The notes: a model not told the origin generated them from the sequence alone. A stretch of DNA of 56,158 nucleotides from Candidatus Angelobacter sp. (GCA_035763445.1 DASUBD010000190.1:1-56158), one strand, 5' to 3'. Counted from the stretch's first letter, positions 25,893 to 35,433 are shown. Numbers and translations: made by a program.

Positions 25893-28202
25893 ATGGATTA
25901 CGAAATCGATCCCCGATGGTTGCTTGTGGAGGACGGCTTTGTTCTTCCCCGTGAGCACGAGGTCGAGTCTTTGTTTACAGTCGGCAATGGCGCTACCGGC
26001 ACGCGAGGGTCGCTCGAAGAAGGCAGCGACTTCTCGGCACCAGCCACATTCGTTGCAGGAGTCTTTCTTCATCCCGAGCCGCCTGGAGCCGTCCCGGAAC
26101 TTATGACCTTTCCAAATTGGGCAGGTATGAAGGTCTGGGTGAACGGATCCATGCTCAGCATGAAAGAAGGTGATGTGCTTGAACACCGGCGTATTCTGGA
26201 CCTGAAGCACGCAATTCTTCATCGCGAATGGCGCCAATCTGATCCAAATGGACGCATAACACGGTTCCGTTCTTTACGAGTAGCGTCTCTGGCAGACAGA
26301 CGTTTGCTGCTTCAGCAGGTGTTGCTCACGGCAGAGAATTACTGCATGAGCTTGACCATCGAGAGTTCGATCGAGCTTGAGCCTGGCCTTGAATTGCCTG
26401 CCGGTTGGAACCATGAAAGTCGAGCTGAGTGCCCCAACCTTTTTCCGCTCACTTTGCGGCTCTCAGAAGGCAAAGCCGCAGCCGAATTTTGTATCGCTTC
26501 GCAGGTGCTGCCGCTGGAAGCGCATCGGGTCGAGCGCCGTGTCGAGGTGCAAGCCAGACGTCTTGTCGAAAGCTATCGAATTCAGGCTGGCGCCGGAGCA
26601 CAGTGCGAGTTCCGCCGGTTCGTTTCGGTGTCGCGAGTAGGGGGCAACGAATACGCCCCCCGGGCGGAGGTTCACGCTCGTGCGGCGGTATCCGCCGGCA
26701 TCTCGCCCGCAGTGGCGGCTCACAAAACTGAATGGCAAGCCCGGTGGCAGGCAGCCGATGTGCTGGTAGATGGAGATGAACCGCTGCAAAAGGCGCTTCG
26801 TTTTACTGCCTACCATCTCATCAGCGCTGGCAATCCTGAGGATAGCCATAGCTCAATCGCTGCCCGCGCTATGACAGGTCATGCGTACAAAGGGCACGTT
26901 TTTTGGGACACCGAAATTTATATGCTGCCGTTTTTTACCTTAACGCACCCGGCGACAGCACGAGCGCTGCTCGAATACCGCTACCACACACTTCCGGCCG
27001 CTCGGGAAAAAGCGTGCAAGGCAGGTTATCGAGGCGCAATGTACGCGTGGGAATCTGCGGATACAGGCGAGGAGGTCACACCGGCAGTTGCCATTACTCC
27101 GATGGGAGAAGTGCTTCCTGTTCGGAACGGCGAAATGGAAGTCCATATAACCGCCGATATTGCATACGGCATTTGGCAGTACTGGAAGGCAACCGGAGAT
27201 GACGGCTTTCTGCTCAACTTTGGGGCTGAAATTATTCTGGAAGCGGCCCGGTTCTGGGCGGGTCGCGGAAACCTCGAAGCCGATGGGCTCTACCATATTC
27301 GCCATGTTATAGGGCCCGACGAGTATCACGAGGATGTAGATGACAACGCATTCACCAATTTAATGGCTGCATGGAACCTGCGGCGGGCGGCCAAAATCGC
27401 GAGTTTATTGGAGAACCGTTGGAGCGACCGCTGGTCCGATCTCAGGGACCGGCTGCACCTCACCGCGTCAGAAGTTAGCCTTTGGCCCAAGCTGGCGGAT
27501 GTTATGGCCAGTGGGTTCAATTCGGAGAGCCTGCTGTTTGAGCAGTTCACCGGCTATTTCAGCAAGGAACAGATTGACTTAAGCAAGTTTGAGCCTCGTT
27601 CTGCGAGCGTAGACTTGATTCTGGGACATGAACGCGTGCAGCAAACCAACATCGTGAAACAAGCCGATGTACTGATGGCGATTTACCTGCTATGGGACGA
27701 ACTTCGCCCTGAGGTTCGAAAAGCCAACTTCCTTTATTATGAGCCGAGAACAGCTCATGGAAGTTCATTGAGCCCCTCAATTCATGCGCTGCTTGCGGCT
27801 CGGTTGGGCGAAATCAAACTGGCGCAGCGTTATTTACAGCAATCGGCAGAAATTGACCTGAGCAATAATATGGGCAATGCTGCAGGCGGTGTACATGCAG
27901 CCGCCATTGGAGGTCTGTGGCAGGCTGTTGTATTTGGATTCGCTGGGTTGCAGCGCTGCTCCGAAACCGTCATGCTATCCCCTAACCTGCTTCCCCACTG
28001 GCGACAGATTTCGTTTCCCATGCAATGGCGCGATAACAATCTGTACATCTCTATTCAGCACGAGTCGCTCAAGGTGAAGGCTGCCGGGCCTGATTCCATA
28101 CAAGTACTACTTGCGAATGGGCCGCCGCTACATGCCAGTCCCGACCGTAGTTACGTCACGGTCCGCGAGCAAGATGGCTGGGCCGAGTGGCAAGAAAACT
28201 GA
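25893..28202 (+). CDS. glycoside hydrolase family 65 disaccharide phosphorylase (maltose/trehalose/kojibiose type)
   Basis: GHVFWDTEIYMLPFF, YAWESADTGEE and the catalytic-acid region VIGPDEYHE are present. The 769-aa size is typical. Confidence 0.9.
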   Translation: MDYEIDPRWLLVEDGFVLPREHEVESLFTVGNGATGTRGSLEEGSDFSAPATFVAGVFLHPEPPGAVPELMTFPNWAGMKVWVNGSMLSMKEGDVLEHRRILDLKHAILHREWRQSDPNGRITRFRSLRVASLADRRLLLQQVLLTAENYCMSLTIESSIELEPGLELPAGWNHESRAECPNLFPLTLRLSEGKAAAEFCIASQVLPLEAHRVERRVEVQARRLVESYRIQAGAGAQCEFRRFVSVSRVGGNEYAPRAEVHARAAVSAGISPAVAAHKTEWQARWQAADVLVDGDEPLQKALRFTAYHLISAGNPEDSHSSIAARAMTGHAYKGHVFWDTEIYMLPFFTLTHPATARALLEYRYHTLPAAREKACKAGYRGAMYAWESADTGEEVTPAVAITPMGEVLPVRNGEMEVHITADIAYGIWQYWKATGDDGFLLNFGAEIILEAARFWAGRGNLEADGLYHIRHVIGPDEYHEDVDDNAFTNLMAAWNLRRAAKIASLLENRWSDRWSDLRDRLHLTASEVSLWPKLADVMASGFNSESLLFEQFTGYFSKEQIDLSKFEPRSASVDLILGHERVQQTNIVKQADVLMAIYLLWDELRPEVRKANFLYYEPRTAHGSSLSPSIHALLAARLGEIKLAQRYLQQSAEIDLSNNMGNAAGGVHAAAIGGLWQAVVFGFAGLQRCSETVMLSPNLLPHWRQISFPMQWRDNNLYISIQHESLKVKAAGPDSIQVLLANGPPLHASPDRSYVTVREQDGWAEWQEN

Positions 28203-28217
28203 CGACTGGAGGAGTCT

Positions 28218-29120
28218 GTGGCTGTAGCTTTGCCTGAATCCGATCACGGGACCAATGCGCCGGATCGGACAAGCGTGCGCAGTATTTTGCTGCCTCTGGA
28301 TGGTACGGAGCTGTCGAAAGTGGCCATACCAGTAGCGCTTGGATTAGCGCAGCTCTATCAAGCCACTCTCCATGTGATCTATGCCGGTGCGGAACGAATC
28401 GCACCAGAAACCAAATTGGCTCAGCTTGGAGTTGAATGGAAAGAATTACCGGGGGCCGTTGTCGATCAGGCGGTCGGCTCCCCACCGGAAGCCATTCTCA
28501 GCGCCGAACAGGCGCTACCGAGCCCGCTTATCGTGATGTGCACACACACGGGAAGTACCCCTATGCCGCATGGTTTTGGCTCGGTCACTGAGGAACTGCT
28601 GGCTAAAAATCCGGAGCGCCTCGTACTAGTGGCGCCGGAACACAGCCGGGCAACGTTCCAGATTTCTAAGATCGTGCTCGCACACGATGGCACTCCCGCG
28701 GCTGATTGCGCGATCGCGCCCACGGCGCAACTTGCTGCGCTAGCTCGGGCGAGTGTTACCGCCATACATGTCGCAGCTCCTTGCGAGGGTGCCCCGCAAC
28801 AATCGGGGAGCCTTCCGGCACCTCGATACGTTGACCAGCCCCAACACGAGTGGCCTTCGTGGACGGCTGAATTCAGCGCCCGGATGCAGGCGATGGGTGC
28901 CCCAGCTTCAGCTCTTAAATTCAAGCTGCTCGTCAAAGGAGGGCAGGCGGGCTCTGAGATTGCTCTCCTTGCCAACAAGGAGAAGGCGGATTTGGTGGTG
29001 ATGGGTAATCCTGCGAATTGGCAGTGCTCCCGGCGCAGCCTGACACGAGTTGTGATCCAGACTAGCGGGTGCCCAGTCTTGCTGGTTTGCGCTCATCGCA
29101 GCAAACAGTCTGTCAACTGA
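28218..29120 (+). CDS. tandem universal stress protein
   Basis: It has two USP-like halves (ILLPLDGTELSK...; IVLAHDGTPAAD...LVVMGNPANW...SGCPVLLV). The GTG start follows GGAGGAG. Confidence 0.82.
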   Translation: MAVALPESDHGTNAPDRTSVRSILLPLDGTELSKVAIPVALGLAQLYQATLHVIYAGAERIAPETKLAQLGVEWKELPGAVVDQAVGSPPEAILSAEQALPSPLIVMCTHTGSTPMPHGFGSVTEELLAKNPERLVLVAPEHSRATFQISKIVLAHDGTPAADCAIAPTAQLAALARASVTAIHVAAPCEGAPQQSGSLPAPRYVDQPQHEWPSWTAEFSARMQAMGAPASALKFKLLVKGGQAGSEIALLANKEKADLVVMGNPANWQCSRRSLTRVVIQTSGCPVLLVCAHRSKQSVN

Positions 29121-29128
29121 GCGAATAT

Positions 29129-29908
29129 ATGCCGGCACACAGAAGACTCGAAGGGGTTATTCTCGATCTGGACGGGGTGATTACCTTCACCGCCAGAGTT
29201 CATGCGGCGGCCTGGAAGGAACTCTTTGACAACTTTCTCCGGCAACAAAGCAAAAAGTTCGGCGAAAATTTTCAACCTTTCGACGTCAATTTCGACTACA
29301 GCCAATATGTAGATGGCAAACCCAGGCTCGATGGCATTCTGAGCTTTCTTTCCGCGCGCAAAATCGAGATTCCGCTGGGCAGCCCCTCGGATTCACCCGA
29401 CGCGATAACCGTGTGGGGACTAGCGACACAGAAAAATGAGTTGTTCAGGCGAAAGCTGCAGCAGTTCGGAGTAGATGTGGATCGCGAGGCCGTGCGGTTT
29501 GTGCGCGAGTTGCGATCTTACGGGGTGAGGATCGGACTTGCGTCGTCAAGCAAGAATGCTCGGCTAATTCTCGAAACTACCAAGCTGAGCCGTCTATTTG
29601 ACGCGGTCGTTGATGGAATTGTGAGCCAATCCCTAAATCTTAGGGGCAAGCCTGAACCGGATATTTTTCTTCAGTGCCTCAAGGAACTTAACCCAAATGC
29701 TCTGCCACGTAATGCCGCCGTGGTGGAGGACGCAATTTCCGGTGTTGAGGCCGGAAGGAGAGGTGGCTTTGGGCTGGTGCTGGGGATTGACCGTAAGGGG
29801 TCTGGAAAGTTGCAGAATCATGGCGCGGATTGGGTGATCGGCAGCTTCAAAAATCTTACCGCAGAACGATTCATCGAGGGTTTCGCGTCGCGATCTTACG
29901 CAGCTTAG
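29129..29908 (+). CDS. pgmB: beta-phosphoglucomutase-family HAD hydrolase
   Basis: HAD motif I is VILDLDGVIT, with GLASSSKN and VVEDAISGVEAGRRGGF also present. It lies adjacent to the GH65 phosphorylase. ATG at 29129 was chosen. Confidence 0.82.
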   Translation: MPAHRRLEGVILDLDGVITFTARVHAAAWKELFDNFLRQQSKKFGENFQPFDVNFDYSQYVDGKPRLDGILSFLSARKIEIPLGSPSDSPDAITVWGLATQKNELFRRKLQQFGVDVDREAVRFVRELRSYGVRIGLASSSKNARLILETTKLSRLFDAVVDGIVSQSLNLRGKPEPDIFLQCLKELNPNALPRNAAVVEDAISGVEAGRRGGFGLVLGIDRKGSGKLQNHGADWVIGSFKNLTAERFIEGFASRSYAA

Positions 29909-30110
29909 TTCTGCTCGCGCTTCTCACGTACGCAGTTGTGAGGAAGAGACTCCCATGCGGAGTTGTTCGAAACTGGTTGTGCGTTGCATGGCCACTCCAC
30001 ACCGTTCCGTTACATCGAAGCAAACCAGGCGCACTTTTGCGGCTCACTTTCGACGACTCTTGATCAGCCACCCAGAGTTTGAAAGCGATGCTTTTGGTTA
30101 GGAAGTCGCG

Positions 30111-30965
30111 ATGGATCTCCACAACATTCTTATAGCGACGGATTTTTCAACATCGAGTGAAGCTGCCCTGCGATGCGCGGCGGCGTTCGCCAAACGATTT
30201 CAGGCCAGGTTGTTCGTCGTTCATGTAATTTCCGCCTCAATCTATGCGGATGTTCCTCCTGAGCTCATTGCGGAGGCAAAAACAAGGACCATTCACGACG
30301 TTAAAGCGAAAATGGATGGGATACGCTCCAGGCTTAACGGCCTGCAGCCTGAAACAATCGTTGAGCAAGGGTTTCCCAGCGAGGTGATTCTGCGCTTAGC
30401 GGAAGAAAACTCCATCGCGCTCTTGGTGGTTGGAACGCAAGGGCATGTTCGGACAGAACGGTTGCTCCTCGGTTCTACAGCGGAAAAGATTGCGCGGCAA
30501 GCCCGCTGCCCCGTTCTGATTACGCCGGAGTCCTCGCTGCCCTATGAGGAGTTCAAATTGAAGACAATTTTGTGCCCGACGAATTTTTCGGAAAGGTCAG
30601 CAGCAGCCCTGCGACACGCGTGGCAAGTTGCCAAAGCATTTTCAGCGCACATCATTCTGTTGCACGTTGTGGAAGACCAGAGCCTGGATAGGGCCGACCG
30701 CATCTCTCAGCGCATGAAAGCCGAAGGGCCGATGTCTCGACTCAGTTCTTTTCTCTCCGCGGGCGATCGTTCGCGCGAAGCGGAACTCGCAGTTGAGTTT
30801 GGCGGCCCGGCGGAAAGAATTATCAAAGTAGCTGGGGAACGAAACGCCGATCTGATCGTATTATCGATCCAAAGAGACAAGCCACTGATCGCTCACCTTC
30901 CCCCAGACGTAACCTTTTTGGTTGCGGCTCAGGCTCCTTGTCCAGTCCTGACATCAGCAGCCTAG
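30111..30965 (+). CDS. tandem universal stress protein
   Basis: NILIATDFSTSSEAAL...LLVVGTQGHVRTERLLLGSTAEKIARQARCPVLI is followed by a second USP-like half. Confidence 0.85.
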   Translation: MDLHNILIATDFSTSSEAALRCAAAFAKRFQARLFVVHVISASIYADVPPELIAEAKTRTIHDVKAKMDGIRSRLNGLQPETIVEQGFPSEVILRLAEENSIALLVVGTQGHVRTERLLLGSTAEKIARQARCPVLITPESSLPYEEFKLKTILCPTNFSERSAAALRHAWQVAKAFSAHIILLHVVEDQSLDRADRISQRMKAEGPMSRLSSFLSAGDRSREAELAVEFGGPAERIIKVAGERNADLIVLSIQRDKPLIAHLPPDVTFLVAAQAPCPVLTSAA

Positions 30966-31168
30966 CTGGACCGGCTGGTGCTTGCCGCTCCATGCCGTTC
31001 AGTTACATCAAAGAAAGCCGCTTTTTGCCGAATTGGCGGCATGATTCCAGACGCATACCGCTAAGGCGTTCTTTTCATAGTTGCAGAGACGGACCGTTAC
31101 GCACCAAGGCCCAATTGCGTGCCGGGCGGGTCGAACTCTGCATCCAAAACCAGCAGTGCCACTCTCGT

Positions 31169-31778
31169 ATGAACCTGACAGAGTTCATCGCCCGGCGAAA
31201 CAAGTCCGTGCTCTTCTGCACCGGAGTTGCCTTGCTTGCGGCCATGATTTTGCTTGACAAGGCGAGCCCTGCCGGATTCGAGGCGTCCATCTTCTATTTG
31301 ATTCCTGTTTCTTTCTTTGGCTGGTTCCTTGGTAGGCGGTCGGGGCTGGTGGTTTCTTTCATTTTGCGCCAGCGTCGCCCTCGCCATCCACCGTGTGAAC
31401 CTGCCTCCTTCCCGTTCCCGCCTTGCATCATGGAATGCGCTTGCTTGGCTCGCAGTTTATGTGTTCTTCGTATACGTCATCTCTGAGATTCAACATCTGT
31501 ACGCACGAGAACGAAGCCGGTCGCAGCTAGACCCGTTAACCGGGATCCCGAACAGGCGCTCGTTTTTCGAGCGCCTGGAAATTGAGAAAAGCAGGGCGAA
31601 GCGATATGACCATCCCGTTACACTTGCGTATATCGATCTCGATAATTTCAAGCAAGTCAATGACAGGTTTGGACACAGTACAGGCAACAACCTATTGAGA
31701 CTGGTCGCCCACGTAATGAGCGACGGTCTCAGGAGCACAGATGCGGTCGCACGTCTGGAAGGCGGATTGCGGCACTAG
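31169..31778 (+). pseudogene. membrane diguanylate cyclase gene, frameshifted (~31350) and truncated just before the GGDEF motif
   Basis: The N-terminal TM part (MNLTEFIARRNKSVLFCTGVALLAAMILL...) is in one frame. The rest (LDPLTGIPNRRSF...AYIDLDNFKQVNDRFGHSTGN...DAVARL) is in another. The reading then ends EGGLRH-stop where GGDEF is expected. Confidence 0.7.
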
Positions 31779-32476
31779 TACAAAGCATTCGTGATGAATA
31801 CGAATATCCTGTTTTCCTCTACGCCGATCACACGCACTCCCTGGAATCGGCCCGGACTGCCGCCAAAGCCGGCTTCGACGAGGTCATCTTTGATCTCTCC
31901 GACAGATCGTTTGAAGAAAATGTTAAGGAGACAAAACAGGCGGTTGAACTCTTGAAGTCAATTCGGCCGGAAATTCTGGTCGAAGGGGAAATCGGCTACA
32001 TTGGCCGTTCGTCCGAAATTGTCGCTCACGCGCCAGAGGGGGGCACGCTTACCACTCCGGAGGAGGCGGTCCAATTCGTTTCACACACGAGAGTTGACAT
32101 CTTGGCTCCGTCAGTCGGAAACATGCATGGCCTCCTCCCCTCGATGGTGCGAGGCGAGACTCAGAAGCGACTCGATATCGAGCGCATCAGGCAAATTAAA
32201 CAGCAGACTGGCGCATTCCTGACACTGCACGGCGGCTCCGGAACTGCTGACCAGGATTTCGTCGCGGCTATCCAGGCGGGGATCACGATTATTCACGTCA
32301 ACACGGAACTGCGGCTTGCCTGGCGTCATGGCGTCGAAGAGGGGCTTAATGCACACCCGAACGAGATTGCCCCCTACAAAATCCTGCCGGCTGCGGTGAA
32401 TGCTGTTGAGGCGATCGTTGCGCGCCGGCTGAGACTCTTCAATAACCTGCCACAGGCTCCGGCCGCGGCAGCATGA
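31766..32476 (+). pseudogene. class II fructose-bisphosphate aldolase gene lacking roughly its first 75-80 codons
   Basis: The frame reads AALVQSIRDEYEYPVFLYADHTHSLESARTAAKAGFDEVIFDLSDRSFEENVKETKQAVELL...EGEIGYIG...LHGGSG...HVNTELR. This is class II FBA from about helix 3 onward. There is no start codon or N-terminal strand, and it abuts the truncated cyclase. Confidence 0.78.
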
Positions 32477-32575
32477 ATATCTGGTTGGGGAATCGAATCT
32501 ATGAGTCCCTTCGCCGTTGACGTTCAGGGGGAGACTCAAGCGATCCATGTTCTGCGGCACAGCTCTCTGAATACA
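32058..32575. repeat. right copy of the ~519-bp direct repeat
   Basis: See the left copy at 6533-7051. The offset between copies is 25,525 nt. Confidence 0.9.
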
Positions 32576-32638
32576 AGGCAGGCTCAGTTGATCTCGTTCA
32601 CGGGATCACAAGACGGCAGATTTAGTGAGCCCGCGTAG
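32501..32638 (+). pseudogene. frameshifted copy of the small basic ORF (compare 6976-7143)
   Basis: It has the same first 10 codons (MSPFAVDVQG). A 1-nt indel then changes the frame and the basic RRRLSAAARKRIS motif is lost. Confidence 0.4.
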
Positions 32639-32717
32639 CTAGTATTGAACGGATAACTTCGGTGTTGCCGACGATGCAACCGGGCCCCTCCGTTCGGTAC
32701 TTCCCACAAGTCTTAGT

Positions 32718-32787
32718 GCTGTATCTGAAGCGCGCCCGAACGAAAGCAGGGAGTTGAGACGCTGTGAAGGGGCGGTTCAGATACAGC
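32718..32787. repeat. perfect 12-bp inverted repeat (gctgtatctgaa / ttcagatacagc) with 46-nt spacer
   Basis: Seen directly in the sequence. It lies about 250 nt beyond the 3' end of the IS91-like transposase remnant and may be an element-end hairpin. An inverted repeat of this size could also occur by chance. Confidence 0.4.
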
Positions 32788-33034
32788 GACTTGAAGGAAG
32801 CCGCCCTGGGGGACTATGGGATTTGTATCTGGATGAGCCGGTCTTGATGGTTTGCGAGTTTGCCGTTGCGGTCAGGGCGCTTGGGTTTCAGTAGCGGGTG
32901 GCAGAGAGAATGGGCGTGGGGCGGCGCATCGGAGAGTCTGGAGAGCACCACCATACTACATTCAGAGGAATGCGAGACATAAAACCAGTGTGCGCGCCGA
33001 AGCACGAGCGAGATGCGAGGCTGGAGATGTGGAT

Positions 33035-33475
33035 TCATGCGGCGCACCGGCTGGGATGAGGCGGCGATCGGAGGAAGAGTTGCGCAGCGGAGAGGCGCTC
33101 GACAACCCGCATGGTTCCGCCGCAGAGCGGACAGTTCCATTGTGAGTGGGTGGGGAGCGCGGCCGGCGAGTTGTTGCGTGTTGCGGGCTGATCGGATTGC
33201 TGGAGGAATCGGAAACAGAGCGGAAGGAGTTTTGCTCGCTGCCGGTTAGCGAGGAAGCCGAAGTTGCGGATGCGCATAAAACCACGCGGCAGCAGGTGCA
33301 GGAGGAAGCGTCGTCGACAGGCAGAGTCATCAGCCGCTTCTTGTTGCCGTGAGCGGAGTCGCGCCAACGAAAGGTTACGTTGCCCTCGGAGAGAGTAACC
33401 AACCTGCTGTTGGAGATGGCCACGCGGTGGGTGTATGCGCCGAGATATCGCAGCACATGGCGCCGCAAAGCGGCT
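33035..33475 (-). mobile_element. IS91-family (Y2 rolling-circle) transposase gene remnant: C-terminal part only, with a frameshift
   Basis: LRYLGAYTHRVAISNSRLVTLSEGNVTFRWRDSAHGNKKRLMTLPVD is in one frame. RRFLLHLLPRGFMRIRNFGFLANRQRAKLLPLC...CPLCGGTMRVVERLSAAQL is in another. Both match the conserved C-terminal region of IS91/ISCR transposases. A stop lies directly upstream and the catalytic N-terminal region is missing. Confidence 0.75.
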
Positions 33476-33479
33476 TAGT

Positions 33480-33812
33480 TCAAGTCCGTTTCTGGATAAC
33501 TTCCCTGTGGCGACTAGCCACGCAGAATCGCCGGGTGCGTTGGTCGCGTTTGACTGAGCGACACCCTTTCATTTCTTTCCCAAAGATGCAAATTTCAGAA
33601 AAACGGAATGCCGTATAGAACGCGCTCAGCATGAGCACGCCTGGAACAAGCACCGCCACGGCGCCGGAGAGCAGTGTGTCTCCCTTGAAGGTGCTGGGAA
33701 TGTAGTCAGAGGCTGCCAGGCCGGCCACCGCCAACGCCAGGCCGAGGACAGCTGAGAATGCGCGATGCACGATCATTCCGGCCGTTCTTCCTCCAGTCAT
33801 CGTAGCTCCCAA
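33480..33812 (-). CDS. small two-TM membrane protein
   Basis: The ORF has two hydrophobic helices (AFSAVLGLALAVAGLAA, AVAVLVPGVLMLSAFY). I recognise no motif. Confidence 0.35.
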   Translation of the reverse strand: MGATMTGGRTAGMIVHRAFSAVLGLALAVAGLAASDYIPSTFKGDTLLSGAVAVLVPGVLMLSAFYTAFRFSEICIFGKEMKGCRSVKRDQRTRRFCVASRHREVIQKRT

Positions 33813-33999
33813 CCCTCGACCGCGCCAAAACTGTTTCCCGCGGTAATAAACCTGCCGTCAGACGAAACGGCAATGGTGTTGACGACCCTGCGTAATAAAA
33901 GGGATCGTCCTGAAATTCCCCTCGCTCGCGCTGTACTCTGACTCATGGTTCCCTCATCTTTTGTTCGCACCCATGCCCCGAAACGAACGGCGACTGCTG

Positions 34000-35433
34000 T
34001 CACCGGCAATAGGGTAGGGGCGGCTCGATGACACCACCTTTGCCGGGAAGCGCGGTTCCGGGCACCGTCTTGCCTGATGGTTTGGCGAAGCAGCCTCTGT
34101 CTCTCTTGTATACCTTCATATCGTGACAATCGAGCGTGGGAGAATCCGCGCCGCACGAGAACGTGTGGACGGCGATCTTTGGGCTCGTCTCGTTGATGAG
34201 TTTCTTCAGAGTGTTGGGGGAGAGAAGTTCCGCTTGTTCGGGAACATTCGAGAAAAGGTCGCCAAGGGCTAGGGAAAAAGGTGGCACTGGATCGTTCTCG
34301 TTGACGTAGATATCCAGGGACTTTACATAGCCGGAGCGCACCAGCTCGTTCCACATCTGCAGGCTCTCCCGCGTGATTTGCGGCCCATAGAGCACAACCC
34401 GGTCTGCTATGACATCTTGATTTTCGAGCGCTGCCAAACAAATCATTGCACCGTTGCTATGGCATGCCAACTCGCCAAATTGACGATCTTTGAGCGAGGC
34501 ATAAAGCGCCTGTTCTCTGGCTGAGAACTGCCCGTTCTTGAACTCATCGAAAACCACACGATTTTTCAGGTCGAGAAGAATATTTGTAGAAGCACCGATA
34601 CCCAGCACGAAGTTGTAACGTGAAAAATCGACCCCGTCATATTCCTTGCCCGAAAGTTCCATCTGCTTTTGCAGCATCTGTTTCTCTTTGGCGAGGATAG
34701 CTGGATTTGCATCTTGCACGTTGTAACCCACGAGCCAGGATGTGCCTCCAATGAACCCATTACCTGACAGCCGGTATTGGCGCCAGGTGTGGCCACGCAA
34801 ATCTTTTGAAATCGCTGCCAACTGTTGCGCGGTCATTTCATCTTCCAACTCTTCCCGCGTTGCCTGTAAATCTGCGGCCGCGGTCGCATCCTCAATTTCC
34901 TGGCGCAATCTTAGGAGATCCGCGGCAGCCCGGGCATCTTCCAATTCATCCTGGAGTGCCTTGTTCGCTCTGTCGAGGTGGGCGCGGATTGCAGCATTTT
35001 GCGGATCGGATTCGAGTGCGGCCAGCAGGTGATTCACAGCAGCTCTGTTGTCACCGCGGTTCAGGGCGTCCATGCCCATCTGATCGGCTTCGCTGGCCTT
35101 GCGTTTGCGCTCTGCTTCTTCGGCCTGTCGCCGCATTAATTCTTGCTGTTGTTGGAGTTGCTGCCGCTGGATTTCCTGCTGTCGTCGGTCGGGCCCCGAA
35201 GCGATATTGCCGCCGCGCCGGTAGCACCGAGGAACATAGTTGGCACTACAACTATACGTCTCGCTCATGGAGCCGTCAGGGCAGCGAGCAGAGCAAGTAC
35301 CCTGGGCGGCCGCCGGTGTCGAGAACATGAAGAGTGCTGGAATAAGAGCACCCATCAACGACAAGTCGCGGCGCAACCATCGTCTCTTACCGGCAACGGA
35401 TCTCTGTTTGGGATGTGGATTCCCCGTGCTCAT
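34000..35433 (-). CDS. secreted coiled-coil protein with C-terminal alpha/beta-hydrolase-like (Ser nucleophile?) domain
   Basis: It has a signal-like N-terminus (RRWLRRDLSLMGALIPALFMFSTPAAAQG). A Q/E/A-rich coiled-coil region has internal EDA-x-AAADL repeats. The C-terminal ELACHSNGAMICLAAL resembles a nucleophile elbow (x-H-S-x-G). Confidence 0.7.
   Translation of the reverse strand: MSTGNPHPKQRSVAGKRRWLRRDLSLMGALIPALFMFSTPAAAQGTCSARCPDGSMSETYSCSANYVPRCYRRGGNIASGPDRRQQEIQRQQLQQQQELMRRQAEEAERKRKASEADQMGMDALNRGDNRAAVNHLLAALESDPQNAAIRAHLDRANKALQDELEDARAAADLLRLRQEIEDATAAADLQATREELEDEMTAQQLAAISKDLRGHTWRQYRLSGNGFIGGTSWLVGYNVQDANPAILAKEKQMLQKQMELSGKEYDGVDFSRYNFVLGIGASTNILLDLKNRVVFDEFKNGQFSAREQALYASLKDRQFGELACHSNGAMICLAALENQDVIADRVVLYGPQITRESLQMWNELVRSGYVKSLDIYVNENDPVPPFSLALGDLFSNVPEQAELLSPNTLKKLINETSPKIAVHTFSCGADSPTLDCHDMKVYKRDRGCFAKPSGKTVPGTALPGKGGVIEPPLPYCR

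Noticed and set aside
33797-34441. 214-aa minus-strand ORF
   Set aside because: It is out of frame within the 3' part of the 477-aa secreted-protein gene. The translation is Arg-rich, so it is a shadow frame.
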